Both the position numbers and the translations under genes were made by a program. Source: Cyanophora paradoxa CCMP329 (Eukaryota > Plantae > Glaucophyta). Taken from it: 64,000 nt of DNA. Location of the stretch: NCBI GenBank assembly GCA_004431415.1, contig QPMI01000432.1, forward strand, positions 248,001 to 312,000, given 5' to 3'. Positions 1 to 11,996 of this stretch are shown here, in pieces. Numbering within the stretch: the stretch's first letter is position 1; each line of letters starts with the position of its first letter. Under the pieces are notes generated by a model, which worked only from the letters and a program-made list of their open reading frames with translations, did not search any database and was not told the DNA's origin.

Positions 1-340
1 TGAACTGAATAAACCTCGAGGGGAGTGACAGAGCTACCTTTCTGCCCAGCACGTCCTCGTCAGCTTTGCCTTCGGCCAGCACAACCAACTTGACGACTTC
101 CGAGGGCTCCTCAGCTTCGCCCAACTGAAATGGAGTCAGTATGTGGCCCAACTGAAGAGGGGTACGGCGTTTAGCTATGAAGCTAGCGCCCCGATCGGGG
201 CCCGCGCGAGGGGGGTACGCCCTCACCAGCGCCTTCGGACCAAGGGACCCCAGCTACCGGGGGGTACCTTGTCCGAAGACGCCGGCGAAGGCGTACCCCC
301 ATCGGGGGCCCGGAGGGGGCGGGCGAGTAGGGGCATCTAG
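1..340 (+). CDS. Possible terminal exon of an unknown gene entering from the left edge
   Basis: An open frame reads ...HVLVSFAFGQHNQLDDFRGLLSFAQLKWSQYVAQLKRG... to a stop at 340 and runs into the tandem repeat. No family recognised. Confidence 0.25.
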
Positions 341-667
341 AGCTAGTGCCCGATCGGGGCCCGCGCGAGGGGGGTACGCCCTCACCAGCGCCATCGGACC
401 AAGGGACCCCAGCTACCGGGGGGTACCTTGTCCGAAGACGCCGGCGAAGGCGTACCCCCATCGGGGGCCCGGAGGGGGCGGGCGAGTAGGGGCATCTAGA
501 GCTAGTGCCCGATCGGGGCCCGCGCGAGGGGGGTACGCCCTCACCAGAGCCATCGGACCAAGGGACCCCAGCTACCGGGGGGTACCTTGTCCGAAGACGC
601 TGGCGAAGGCGTACCCCCATCGGGGGCCCGGAGGGGGCGGAGCGGAGGCAGGGCGGGGTAGGGCATC
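181..667. repeat. Tandem repeat of 3 x 159 bp, each unit containing a ~90-nt imperfect palindrome
   Basis: CCCGATCGGGGCCCGCGCGAGGGGGG recurs at ~190, 349 and 508. Arms GGGGGTACGCC...GGACCCC and GGGGTACC...GGCGTACCCCC span 211-300, 370-459 and 529-618. Confidence 0.95.
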
Positions 668-1189
668 TAGATATAGCTAGGAGGGTGTACTGCGGGGGCG
701 ACGGGGGGGGGGGGGGGGGGGGGGGGAGGGGGGAGGTTCATCTTGGCCCGTACCTTGGGCACTAGAATGCCGATGCCGACGAAGAAGAACCCCTCGTCGA
801 CGACGTAGACGTCGATCTTGGCGACGAAGAGCCGCACCTTGAGCCCGTCCTTGAGGAAGGGCAAGATGTGAGCGACTTTCAAGTAGCCCACAGGTTCCTG
901 TGCGTAAGTCAAATTCAGATTGAGGGGGAAGCGTTAAGGCGCGCAGCTAGACAGATAAGGTGAGCATCGCACCGTTTCGCAACAGAGGAAGTCGGGTGCA
1001 GCAAGGGTCAAGGTCTTGACCGCCGAACCGCAGTCTGCGGGCTGCCTCCTCCTGCGGCGCTTCCGCGCGGGCTAAAACTGCACGTCAGACTCGTTGAGAA
1101 ATAGGCGGGGGCAGTACCTCGAGCTCCTTGAACACCGGCGCGGCTGTCGCCTCCGGAACCGCGGCCGCCGCCTCGCGCTTGTCGCCCAT
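667..1189 (-). CDS. Small 3-exon hypothetical protein with a basic NLS-like patch, a weak HIRAN-like core and a poly-Pro tail
   Basis: Two GT-AG introns join in frame: MGDKRE...FKELE | PARKRRRRRQPADCGSAVKTLTLAAPDFLCCET | EPVGYLKVAHILPFLKDGLKVRLFVAKID...PPPP*. The HIRAN resemblance (VGYL..I.P.L..G) is by eye only. Confidence 0.45.
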
Positions 1190-1407
1190 GTCCTGCGCAA
1201 CGACGATCACTCTTCGAGCGCGGAGACCACGACGCTCACACAAGCGAGCGGAGACCGCAGGGCTGGAGCGCTCACTCAAGCGAGCGGCCGGATGGACTCA
1301 ACGGAACAGACGAGCGCACGTCCACCGACCGCTCCTGCGCAACATGTTCAGCGCAAAGAGCACATAAAACGACCGCGGCGCCTCCCGACGGTTGCCGGTC
1401 GAACCTT

Positions 1408-1513
1408 GCGAGGAAGCCGCCCGCTTCTAGGAGCGCTCTGGGAAGCACCGCGGAAAATGCCGCTCGGCGCTCGGCGAGGAAGCTGCCCGCTTCTAGGAGC
1501 GCTCTGGGAAGCA
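1408..1513. repeat. Direct repeat, 2 x ~40 bp
   Basis: GCGAGGAAGCYGCCCGCTTCTAGGAGCGCTCTGGGAAGCA occurs at 1408 and 1474. Confidence 0.9.
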
Positions 1514-2624
1514 ACGAGCACATGAGCGCTCGGCAGCCCGCCGGGGACGGGCCGTCGGACCTGGTCTGTTCAAAACCCGGCTGCAGCCGACTGCCGCGGC
1601 TTCCCTGCGCGAGAGCAAGGCACAGCAGCTCGCTAGAGGTCCCTAGACGCTGCTCGAGCGCGAGTTAGGTGCAGGTTGGGCCGCTATTTGAAGCTGCTGG
1701 CCGTTAGCGAGGATCTACGTATACCCCGGACCAGCCGGATACCCTGGCCTGGCCTACAGCTAGCCAACGGCCGACGGCCTACAGCAGCCCGCCGCCGGAC
1801 GTCAATCGGTGAACGCGGCCACGCGCCTTTGAACTGACCCCACCACACAGATTCCACGACGCGCTGCCGTGCGTGCCAATGCGCTTGCGCTCGTATCGCA
1901 GCATTTTGCTCTCTTTTTCATAGAAGTGCTAATACGGTGCATAGATATACGCCTGCCTCGTCGTGGCCTTCGGGCGCTCGATTTGATCCGAGTCTGTCAC
2001 GGACCCCACCTCGAGAATCTCATGCTAGTGGACAGTGCAGGGCGCGCGCCGCTCTGCATAGTGGCAGGATCTTGTATAACGTCTACAAATGGATTGTTTC
2101 GCTGTCTAGGATCGAGCCCAGGCCCTGCGCACACGCCACAGCACGGGCTCTCTAAGGGCTCGATGTTAGAGCAAGCCGCCTGGCCGCAATCTCGCTGGAC
2201 TCACTGAGTTAAATGAAAGTATAATGGATGTTCATCATGCTGTCCGATTTTCATCTTGCACGATCATGCGGCACGTTCAATATCGATCATGATCACTGAT
2301 CATCATGGCATGAGTGTTATGATGAGAAGTTAGAGTCGTACTTTCGGCTTGTGAAGTCAAAGTGATAGTGCGGCACTATGTCACCCAGCACATCTCATAT
2401 AATTATATGCTATAGACATCTCCCTTTCAATAAACTTAGTCATTTAAGCGTGAATCTCCTTCGGTGGCTTGCTCCGAGGCCCTAGGATCCGGACACGAAG
2501 GGGGAAGGGGTGCATCTGATTCTGTTCTAGATCTGCAGTGCCACAGTGCGCACTCTCGCGCAGCCAGGCCATGAAGCAGTACGTCAAAGCAACATATTTT
2601 GACGTGGTAACTAGCCTTGAAGCC

Positions 2625-4200
2625 GCAGAGCCCCCGCCCCGTGCGGCGAGCCACGCCGCGGAGCTGTTGCCCGCCGCGCCGCCGCCCCGCGTCCGCGCCG
2701 CCGTCCGCAAAGCCGCCCGCCGCGCCGCCGCCCCGCCCGGCGAGCCGCGCCGCCACCCGCCGCGCCGCCGCCTCGCCCGGCGTGCCGCGCCGCCGTCCGC
2801 CGCGCCCCGCCCCGCCCGCCGAGCTGCGCCGCCGCCCGACGAGTCTCCACCCCGCCCTGCGACCCGCGCCGCCGTCCGCAAAGCCGCCCGCCGCGCCGCA
2901 GCCCCGCCCGGAGAGCCGCGCCGCCGCCCGCCGCGTCCCCGCCCCGCCCGTCGAGCTGCGCCGCCGCCCGCCGCGCCTCCGCCCCGCCCGTCGAGCTGCG
3001 CCGCCGCCCGACGAGTCTCCGCCCCGCCCGGCGAGCCGCGCCGGCACTCGCCAAGCCCCCGCCCCGTGCGGTGAGCTGCGCCGCCGCCCGCCGAGCCCCC
3101 GCCCCGCCCGTCGAGCTGCGCCGCCGCCCGACGAGTCTCCGCCCCGCCCGGCGAGCGGCGCCGGCACTCGCCAATCCCCCGCCCCGTGCGGCGAGCTGCG
3201 CCGCCGCCCGCCGAGCCCCCGCCCCGTCCGTCGAGCTGCGCCGCCGCCCGTCGAGCTTCCGCGCCGCCCGGCGAGCCGCGCCGCCGCCCGCCGCGTCCCC
3301 GCCCCGCCCGTCGAGCTGCGCCGCCGCCCGACGAGTCTCCGCCCCGCCCGTCGAGCTGCGCCGCCGCCCGCTGCGTCCCCGCCCCGCCCGTCGAGCTGCG
3401 CCGCCGCCCGCCGCGTCCCCGCCCCGCCCGTCGAGCTGCGCCGCCGCCCGACGAGTCTCCGCCACGCCCGGCGAGCCGCGCCGTCGCCCGCCGCGCCGCC
3501 GCCCCGCCCGGCGAGCCGTGCCGCCGCCCGCCGCGTCCCCGCCCGCCCGTCGAGCTGCGCCGCCGCCCGACGAGCCCCCGCCCGTACGGCGAGCCGCGCC
3601 GTCGCCCGCCGCGCCGCCGCCCCGCCCGGCGAGCCGTGCCGCCACCCGCCGCCCCGCCGCCCCGCCCGGCGTGCCACGCCGCCGCCCGCCGCGTCCCCGC
3701 CCCGCCCGGCGTGCCGCGCCGCCGCCCGACGAGTCTCCGCCCCGCCCGGCAAGCCGCGCCCCGTGCGGCGAGCCGCGCCGCCGCCCGCCGAGCCCCGCGG
3801 CGCCGTGCGGGGAGCCGCGCCGCCGCCCGCCGCGTCCCCGCCCCGCCCGTCGAGCTGCGCCGCCGCCCGACGAGTCTCCGCCCCGCCCGGCGAGCCGCGC
3901 CGGCACTCGCCAAGCCCCCGCCCCGTGCGGTGAGCCGCGCCGCCGCCCGCCGAGCCCCGGCGCCGTGCGGTGAGCCGCGCCGCCGCCCGCCGAGCCCCCG
4001 CCCCGTATGGCAAGCCGCGCCCCGTGCGGTGAGCCGCGCCGCCGCCCGCCGAGCCCCGGCGCCGTGCGGCGAGCCGCGCCGCCGCCCCCGAGCCCCCGCC
4101 CCGTACGGAAAGCCGCGCCGCCGTCCGCCACGCCTCCGTCTCGCCCGGCGAGCTGCGCCGCCGCCCGCCGCACCTCCGCTCCGTCCCGTGAGCCGCGCCG
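2625..4200. repeat. Extremely GC-rich minisatellite with a ~40-bp period and variant units
   Basis: CGAGCTGCGCCGCCGCCCG-(ACGAGTCTCC/CCGCGTCCCC)-GCCCCGCCCGT recurs at 2952, 2992, 3032, 3072, 3112 and onward. Confidence 0.95.
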
Positions 4201-5617
4201 CTGTCTGACAAGTACGAGGTACGAGGTCGCGTCGCGAACACCTCCGCCCCGTCCCGTGAGCTCTGCGAGCCTGTGGTCGATGGCGAGGCTAGTCTCACAA
4301 AAGTCTAGGACAGCCTCGACACGCGCTCGAGCCGGACGCGCTCTAGAAACGAAAGCTTGACCAGGAGCGCCATCGCTAGCCTCGTGGCAATTCGCCTCAT
4401 CCTCGGCGGGTCACTGGAACCTGCGAATTGTGAGCCAATCTGACCAGTAAGGCCCGATTCAGCGCACTTTCTTCAGCCGGCTCCGCTTGTCAGCGCTTCG
4501 CCGTTTGGGGGGTACTAACACCACTTAACAGCACGCAGTACCCCAACGAGCCACGGCACACCCAGAACCGCGGGCTCTAGCTGTGCAAACGCGTTCTCTA
4601 TAGCACAAAGGCCTTCCTAGCAAAGCGTTGGCACTGACGCGGCCCGCGTGCGCGCTTCCTACAAGGCGCGCGGTCGGGACCTCTATTGAGAAGCCCGGCG
4701 CGGGCCGCACACGCACCAAACACGAACGCACAGCCATAGCTAGCGTTCGAAAGCGCTCAGGAGGCCGCCGGCGCTGGTCGACTCGGCGACTGCAACCGAG
4801 CTCCGGAGCCGCGCCTGCGCTGTCAGTCGTAGCTATGACCCCTACTTAGCTGCCCTAGCGCATTAATAGTGCTCCCCGGGCGCCCTGTGCCGCGCCCCGG
4901 CCGCGCCTTGTTCTCTGTGGACAGCTCTGGATTGCTCTCGTTACAACTGACGCTGTCGGTACTACATGATCGTACGAGAGCTGTGCATAGTGCGAACGAA
5001 GTTGGGAACTTCGTTGTTCCGATTTACAATAGTCACAGTTTTGCCAGCAAACTTCATGATTCCGAACCATTGGAACTGGGGGGGGACCCCCTAGTGTACG
5101 TATATATACGTAGCTATAGCTGCCGGTATCACTGCCGCAGCTGCAGCTAGCTTTTGCGCTTTTAATTTTGCGCATGCATCCGGGGGATCCGGATCCGCCG
5201 ATCGCGAGGCTAGCGCTGCGTCCGTCGGACATCCTACGTCTGAACTGCGACACTCTCTGAATTCGAAGGTGATCATGATCATGAGCGGATGTCGTGGGTC
5301 TTTGACTCAGCCTGGCATGCGCAGTGAAGCCATGGCCAGCCGATAGGCGATACAACAAACCCCGGCGAGCTAGCCGCTGAGCGCTTCTACAAACTTGAAA
5401 CGTTAACGCCGGATCCGGACCGGAGGGCGACGCGGGGCAGCTGAGGGCAGTGAGCGTGAGCGCCGAGTGCCGAGCGGCGAGCGGCGAGCGGCCAGCGGCG
5501 AGCTCGAGCACGGGCCGTCGAGCAGTGGGCGGCGAGCAACGCGTACGCCGAGCACTGCGGCAACGGCGAGCACGGCTGCCGGGGTACGACACGATAGCTT
5601 CCAAGCGATTCGCAGGG

Positions 5618-7905
5618 ATGGGCAACCAACCAAGCCAAGATCGCACGGACGATGAGAGTCGCAAGAGGGCACGCGAACCCGAATCCCCTCCGAAGACGGC
5701 GCACGTCAGTCCGAAGCGCGGACGCGGGAAGCGCGCGAGGGCGGCTGCTTCTGACACCGAAGTGAGAGAGCTGCTTTCGATTGTGCCGAGCCGATCGCCG
5801 TGCTGATCGTTGCCGCAGGACACGAGCGAGGGATTCCTCAGCGCGGTATTCCCTTGACTGACCGCCTCGCCAGCTGCGATTTGCGATTCCACAGGCTCAT
5901 CTTGCGTTGCTAGGCTACGAGCGACAAGCCGCGTCTGGGCAAGGGGGGCGCTACTTCGGCGGTGGAGGAATTCGACGAGCTGATCGCTAAACGCGCCTCG
6001 CAGTTCAAGGCCCTCGCGGTTCGCGTCCCTGAATCGAGCCAATCTCCTCGAACACTAAACGCGCGGCGGCAGATCGACCTCGGGTACAAGCCCGTGCCCC
6101 GCCCACTTGCGGACTTCGCGCAGAAGCTGAAAGCGCTGAAGACTCTGCGGTTGGACCTCGTCGTGAATTCCCCCACCAGTGCGCGATCCGCGCCGCGTCC
6201 CGCCGACCGCCGCCGCCTTCGCCGACGCGTGCCGCTGCTGCAGCGATCGAGCACGCGACGCTGGCCTCGCTGAAGGTCGTCCTCGTCGGCGTGCCCGCGG
6301 GCCTGACGTCCCGGCCCCGCGTTGCCGTCAAGTGCCCCGTGCGCGCCGCCAGCGCTGGCCGGGCGGAGACCGCAGCGCGCCCCGCTGACGCGCGCGCGCC
6401 GCCAGCAACTTACTGTCCTCAAGTTCCTGCCCGCCGACGGCGTGACCACGTGGGCGTTCGGCGACGAGGTCCGCATGTGGGGGGACGCCTGCCCCAAGGT
6501 GCCCCCGCGGCCGGCCCCGCCCGCCCCTCCCCGCTTCCCTCGCCTCAGCGCCCGCCCCGGCGGCGGCAGGTCACCGTCCTCCACCTCGCCGGCTCGCACG
6601 CCGCCCCGCCGCCGCCGAACGCTTTCGGGGTGCGCGGGCCCCCGGGGCGCCCCCTCGCCCGCCCCCGGTCGAGAAGGGCGGCCGGGCTGACACCAGTCGG
6701 GGTGCGGCCAGCTTGTGGACATCAAGGCGGGCTTCGGCCCGGACCGCCTGACGGAGCTCGTCATCCCCGCCTCCTGCCCCAAGGCCGTCACCGCGACCTC
6801 CCTCTTCCCCAAGCTCCGGTGCCGGCCCGGCCTGCCCCGGCCTGCCCCGGAGGCTGTGTCCCGTCCGCCCGCTCACGGGCGGGCGCCGCAGGACCCTGCG
6901 GCTCGTCCCCACCGCGCTCTGCAGCGTTGAGGCCCCCGGCCGCTTCGCCGACGTCCCGGACAGGAGGCGCGCCGCCCCGCCCCGCCCCGCCCCGCCCAGG
7001 CGCTGACGGCCGGGGCGCGGGGCTGCGGGGCGCAGCGCGTCGCTGGCGTGCGTGGCGCTGAGCGGGTGGACGAAGGAGGCGGACGGCTGGCGCCGCCTCG
7101 TGCGCCTTCTCCTCGAGGAGGGCCGCTTCCCCGCCCTCTCGGAGTTCCGCCTCCAGGACGTCCAGGTACCCCCCGAAAACTCGTTCCTCCCCCCACTTTC
7201 TTCTTTGGTGACGTACCCCCGCGGGGCAGGCGTACTGCACGGGGGCCGGCGGCTGGCCGACGGCGGTGCTGGACATGAGGCGCGTGGAGGGGGCGACGGC
7301 GCTCGCGCTGCGCCACGGCGAGGCCGCCCTCCGGGTCGCCGCGCCGGCCGCCCTCGTCGCCGCGCTGCGCCCCGAGGGGGACGCCCTCGCCTCGGGCGCC
7401 CCCTCCTTCGACGCCGACGTCCTGCCCCTCGTGCGCCCCCGCGCCGCCCGCGTACCCATCTCCTTGCGAGGTCTTCGTTGAACTCCGTCGGCAGGTGCGG
7501 AAGGCGGGGGCGGCGCTGGAGGTGCTCAAGGTCGGCCCGCCGCTGGACTGCAGCGACAAGTCCCTTGCGGAGGCGCTCGGGGCGGCGCGGGGCCTGAAGC
7601 ACCTGGAGCTGGAGCGGATGCCGGGGCTGACGGCCACGGGCCTCGCCGGGCTCCTCGCCGGCCTGGCCGGGACGCACGGCCAGCTGGCGCGCCTGAAGGT
7701 CGTCGGCCGCGCCGCCGAGACCGACGAGGGCCGCGCCGTCCTCGACGCCCTCCGCGCCGTCGCCCGCCGCCTCACCAGCTGCGTCGTGCGCCCGCCCCGC
7801 CCCGCCCCGCCCCGCCCCGCGCCCCCTGCGCCGCCTCATCCCCCCCCCCCCCCCCCCCCCCCCGCCCCTCAGGTCAAGTACAACGGCTCGCGCGTCTCCG
7901 CCTGA
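5618..7905 (+). CDS. Multi-exon leucine-rich-repeat (RNI/FBXL-like) protein with a possible N-myristoylation start
   Basis: It starts MGNQPS followed by a basic patch. Exons carry LxxLxL repeats (LKALKTLRLDL, LTVLKFL, LEVLKV, LKHLELERMPGLTATGL), separated by short introns. Confidence 0.6.
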
Positions 7906-8492
7906 GCGCCGGCGGCCCCCCGGCCCGGCGGGAGCGGCCCCTCCACGGAGCAGCCAGCGCCGGCGCCCTTATTGAGATAAGCTATATTCATTTACCAATC
8001 TAGATTGCGTGTGAGGCTTGATCCATATGTGTGAAGTATCGGTCGAGTACGAGTCGACGTCGTGATCGGGATCAATATCATCGAGGTAGTTTTCGATCGC
8101 GAATTCGACGCATGCGAATTCGAAGGCCGTGCACGCGCATGCTCCGGTCCGAGCTTTCGAGCCTCGGGAGGACATCGATTTCATGCATATGCATGCAAAA
8201 CAGCCAACTGTAACAGTAGCTGCGAGACCCGCTATCCCGCTGCTAGCCTTTCCTCCCGCCACGTGCACACTGCTCCGGGATCCGGACGATCGTGAAATCG
8301 ACGTGAATTCCCGCCCTGCCCAAGGAGCCCCGGCGCCTTCGCGGTGGGCAAACCACGCGATAGTTCAGAAAAGGGGGTATCTTCCAGATTCCGTGGGTAC
8401 GAGAAATAGAAGGCATCGCACAGCGCGTTGAACTAGCGAACGGCAAGTGGGCTCACGATCGCATGCCGCTAGCCAGCGAGGGTAGGGACCAT

Positions 8493-9541
8493 TTACTTGG
8501 CGCCCTTCTTCTTGCCGATCTTCTTCGAGTAGAACTCGAGCTCCTTGCCCTCAAGGACGTAGCCGTCGCAGCGGCCGCACTGCCCCGGGCGGGAGGAGAT
8601 GGAGACGAGGATGCGGCCAGACGAGAACTGGTCAACGAGAGCCCTGCAGAGCAAGAAGGAAACAAAGGAGCGAGTCAGATCTGGGCTCGGAAAAGCATAT
8701 GTGTGCGCTTGCGCATGGGACGCACGCGTCGATCTTGCGGTCCTTCTGGCGGGCCTCGAGCTTGCGCTTGACGTGGTTGCTCTTCTTGGCATCAGCCTTC
8801 TTCTCCTCGGCCTCCTTGCCCTACGGTCGCAGATGGGTCAAGGAGGCGCCAGGGCACGATGCAGCTAACATGGGATCCGCTAGCTAAGCGAGCGCCCTGC
8901 ACGAGAGCCGGTGCACAGCTGCGCACCTCCTCCTCCTGGACGCGCTTCTTCTTGCCGAGGGCAACACCGTAGTGCTGCTCGTACCACTGGCGGAAGGGGG
9001 TGGCATCGATCTGGATGATCGCGCCCTTCACGAGAGTCTTCGTGCGGACGAGCTCGTTGTTCGAGGCGTTGTACACGACATCCAGAATGCGGGACTTGCG
9101 GGTGATAGCTGCGGGGCGCATGCACGGTCACCGCCCGCCCCAGAGCTCGCTCACAGTCGCGAGGGGCGCAGCGCGGGGCGCACCCTCAGAGCCCCAGCTG
9201 AAGTTGCCGGACTCCAGGCGGAGCGCGCGGAACTTCGTGTTGCCACCGCGGGTCCGCACGGTGTGGACACGCTTGGCGCCGAGCTTGGTGTTCGCCGCCT
9301 GGCGGCCGAGCTCGAACTTCCGCTTCTTGCGGTAAGCCTTAGGCTTGCCGCCGGTCGCGCGGCGCTTGTGCGCGGAGCTCCTGGAGATACCTGAGGCGCG
9401 AGCAGTGGGGGTCAGGATCGAGCTTGTGCAGCGGCTTCCGGACCCCGCCGATCTCCTTCCCGAGGCTCCTAACTCGTATCTATGCGGCCGCGGCCTCCCT
9501 AGGAGCGCTGGCTGGCGCGGGAGCCCGTCCTACGCACCCAT
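8493..9541 (-). CDS. RPS8: 40S ribosomal protein S8 (eS8), 5 exons
   Basis: ATGG at 9541, then an intron, then [15 protein letters not shown]...[46 protein letters not shown] and [24 protein letters not shown]. Confidence 0.98.
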
Positions 9542-10564
9542 CCTCAAGTACTAACCCACCAACGCCGTACCCGCTAAACTTGCCTGTACCCGCCCCTCCC
9601 CCGCCAACACGGTTTCGCGCCCACGTCTTGCGTTTGTGTTGATACAGTCTGCGGTCCTGCGTCGTTCGACATCCCCGCCGTATCGCTAGTGCTAGTGAGG
9701 ACACGTTCTGACCGCGGCCTCGCCCTGGACCCTGGACTTAGGTGTGCCAACTCACCATTTGGCAGCCTACGTCGCTTGCAGTACTGACCCTCGTTGCGCG
9801 CTCCCGCAGGTCAGCAGCGCTGCTCCTCTGCTTTCGAGCTGCTCGGCCGCTGCCCCACCCCTGCGGGCGCCGTCGTGAAGCAGCAAGCAACTCTCGATGC
9901 GCTTTGTTCTCCAAGTTTTCTGCTAGCGCAGCTGCCCGCGCCCCGCTCGCCCCCTCCGCTCGGGCCGCCGAGTTCGCTGCAGCTTTGGCAAGCCGCGTGT
10001 CCCTCGTTCACCACTATTTCAGGACGGTCGTTCACGCAAGCTGTAATGTGCTGGCCTCTCACATCGTCGCTCGGTCGCGTCCAGTGCACCGTTAACGTTC
10101 AACCGCACCAAGGCCCCGGCCCCGCCCATCGAAGGCTGCTCCCAGATCTAGACCGGTGCGTGCTGTGCGGCGTGATGTGCAGGGCTTTTTAACTTTCAAT
10201 CAGATACGATCTCGAATTTATCGATTTCGAGATTGGCGTTCTTGCCGGAGCTCCGCGAGCAGCACTTCAGCGTCCTCGCAATGTCTGCGATCTGCCCCCC
10301 AGGCCGCTGTCTACTCCGGCCCTCTAGATCTGGACCAGCACCGGCCGGTCGAACTCCTTAAGATGCTCACTGAGTTGCTATACGAGCGCCCAGACCTAGC
10401 GCCCACGGCTGCCTTTGTTCTTCTCAGCGTACGTTCAGGCTAAGACACGGGCTTGGCTGTCACATATTCTCGGTCCGTGCAATGATTATAATTCAACCCA
10501 AAGCTGGAGTTAGATAAAGCTCACAAAGCGGACCCCAGGTTTCCTATCCGGATCCTGGCCTCCT

Positions 10565-10960
10565 CGTGCGACGCTTGTACGCGGAGCTCCTGGAGATACC
10601 TGAGACGTGAGCAGCGGGGGTCATGACTCAGTGATCAGGATCGAGCTTGTGCAGTGGCTCGCGGACCCTGCCGATCTCCTTCCCGAGGCTCCTGACTCAT
10701 TTTGATGCGGCCGCTCGCCCCCCTCACTCCTCCACATTGCTTCGCCCTCGTGTGGGCGCTTGTGTGGATACAATCTGCGCTCCTGCGTCGTACTACATCC
10801 CCGCCCTGTCGCTGGCGAGATAGGCGTGGTTTGGAGTCGACGTCATTTCCTTACCGTTTCTGGCAGTCGACGTCGCCTGCAGTGCTGACCCTCGCTGCGT
10901 CGCGGGTCAGCAGCGCTTCCCCGACGCTTTCGATCGGCTCAGCCGCTGCCCCACGGCGCC
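10565..10960 (-). pseudogene. Diverged partial duplicate of the RPS8 5' region (start of exon 2, intron 1 and upstream DNA)
   Basis: GCGGAGCTCCTGGAGATACCTGAG, GGATCGAGCTTGTGCAG, CCGATCTCCTTCCCGAGGCTCCT, ACATCCCCGCC and GCAGTRCTGACCCTCG all match 9360-9870 in the same order. The ATG exon is missing. Confidence 0.85.
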
Positions 10961-11410
10961 AACCCTAGGCCTGCCGCCGAATGATCAGAAAGGCGTCGCC
11001 CTGGCCGTCGCCTGCAGCTACAGCGCTGCAGCCGGGCGCCGGGGACGTATACGTAAACGCAGAAAAGCGAACGCGAGAAGCGCTTGCGCCGGGGCGCGGT
11101 CTGCACGGCAGCTGGTCGGTCTAGATCTGGCGGAATTCGAGGCAGGGGGAATCGCTGCGGCGCTCGATGCGTTTGGCCACGATTGCACTGAGCTGATCGC
11201 TGAGCTTGGCGAGAAGCGAGCGGCGAGAGTGTTTTTGCTTTGCTAGCTGCGACGAGTGGCGACGAGAAGCAAGACGAACGTAATCGGGCCCAGGCTCATA
11301 CCACGACCACACGCAGGCTCCAGCGTAATCGGATCCAGGCAAAGGATCCAAAGCTTGGTTTGGGGTACGTGCGGTTCAGCGGAGGGGGTACGCAGTAGTC
11401 CGACAGGGAA

Positions 11411-11996
11411 ATGGTGCGCGCTTGCGGGCGACCCAGGGCTCGGAGGGCCGGAGAGAGCGCTCCGCTAGATAGCTGCCGTGCATCCGCATAGCATGAGCGG
11501 GTCGCAATCGGCGCCGTGGCTGAGGCTCGATCGCGCCGCCTGCGATCTGACGGCTCCTTGGTCCGCAGACGAAGGGCACGTTCAGCTTCGGCCGCAGGCA
11601 CAACAAGACCCACACGCTGTGCTCGCGCTGCGGCCGGCGTTCGTGGCACATCCAGAAGAAGACCTGCTCGTCGTGCGGCTACCCGTCCGCCCGCGTCCGC
11701 AAGTGTGCGTATGGCCCTGCACGAGCTTGAGCTAACACTGGGTGCGCTTACTCTGCCCCGCCTTCCTGACCCGGAACCCCAGATGGCTGGAGCGTGAAGG
11801 CGATTCGCCGGAAGACCACCGGCACTGGGCGCATGCGCACCCTCCGCCACGTGGCTCGCCGCTTCAAGAACGGCTTCCGTGAGGGTGTGCTCCCCGCCCG
11901 CTCGCAGCCGCTCCCTGCCGATCGCTAATGCTTCGATCGTGCCCAGGCACCGTCGCCAAGTCGCGCAAGCGCACCCAGGCCTCCGCCTCGGCGTAA
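11411..11996 (+). CDS. RPL37: 60S ribosomal protein L37 (eL37), 4 exons (11411-13, 11569-704, 11783-884, 11947-96)
   Basis: M|[45 protein letters not shown]|[22 protein letters not shown]...FKNGFREG. Confidence 0.98.

Noticed and set aside
181-667. CRISPR-like array
   Set aside because: The units are near-identical over their whole length with no unique spacers, there are no cas genes, and the context is eukaryotic.
1550-2600. Transposon ORF or terminal repeats
   Set aside because: No transposase, reverse transcriptase or integrase motif, and no matched TIR or LTR pair, could be identified.
9810-10443. Possible small spliced plus-strand gene
   Set aside because: It has splice-like signals but no recognisable protein or clear start, and it overlaps duplicated DNA.
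9392-11568. Intronic snoRNAs in the first introns of RPS8 and RPL37
   Set aside because: No convincing C box (RUGAUGA) with D box, and no H/ACA layout. A covariance-model search would be needed.
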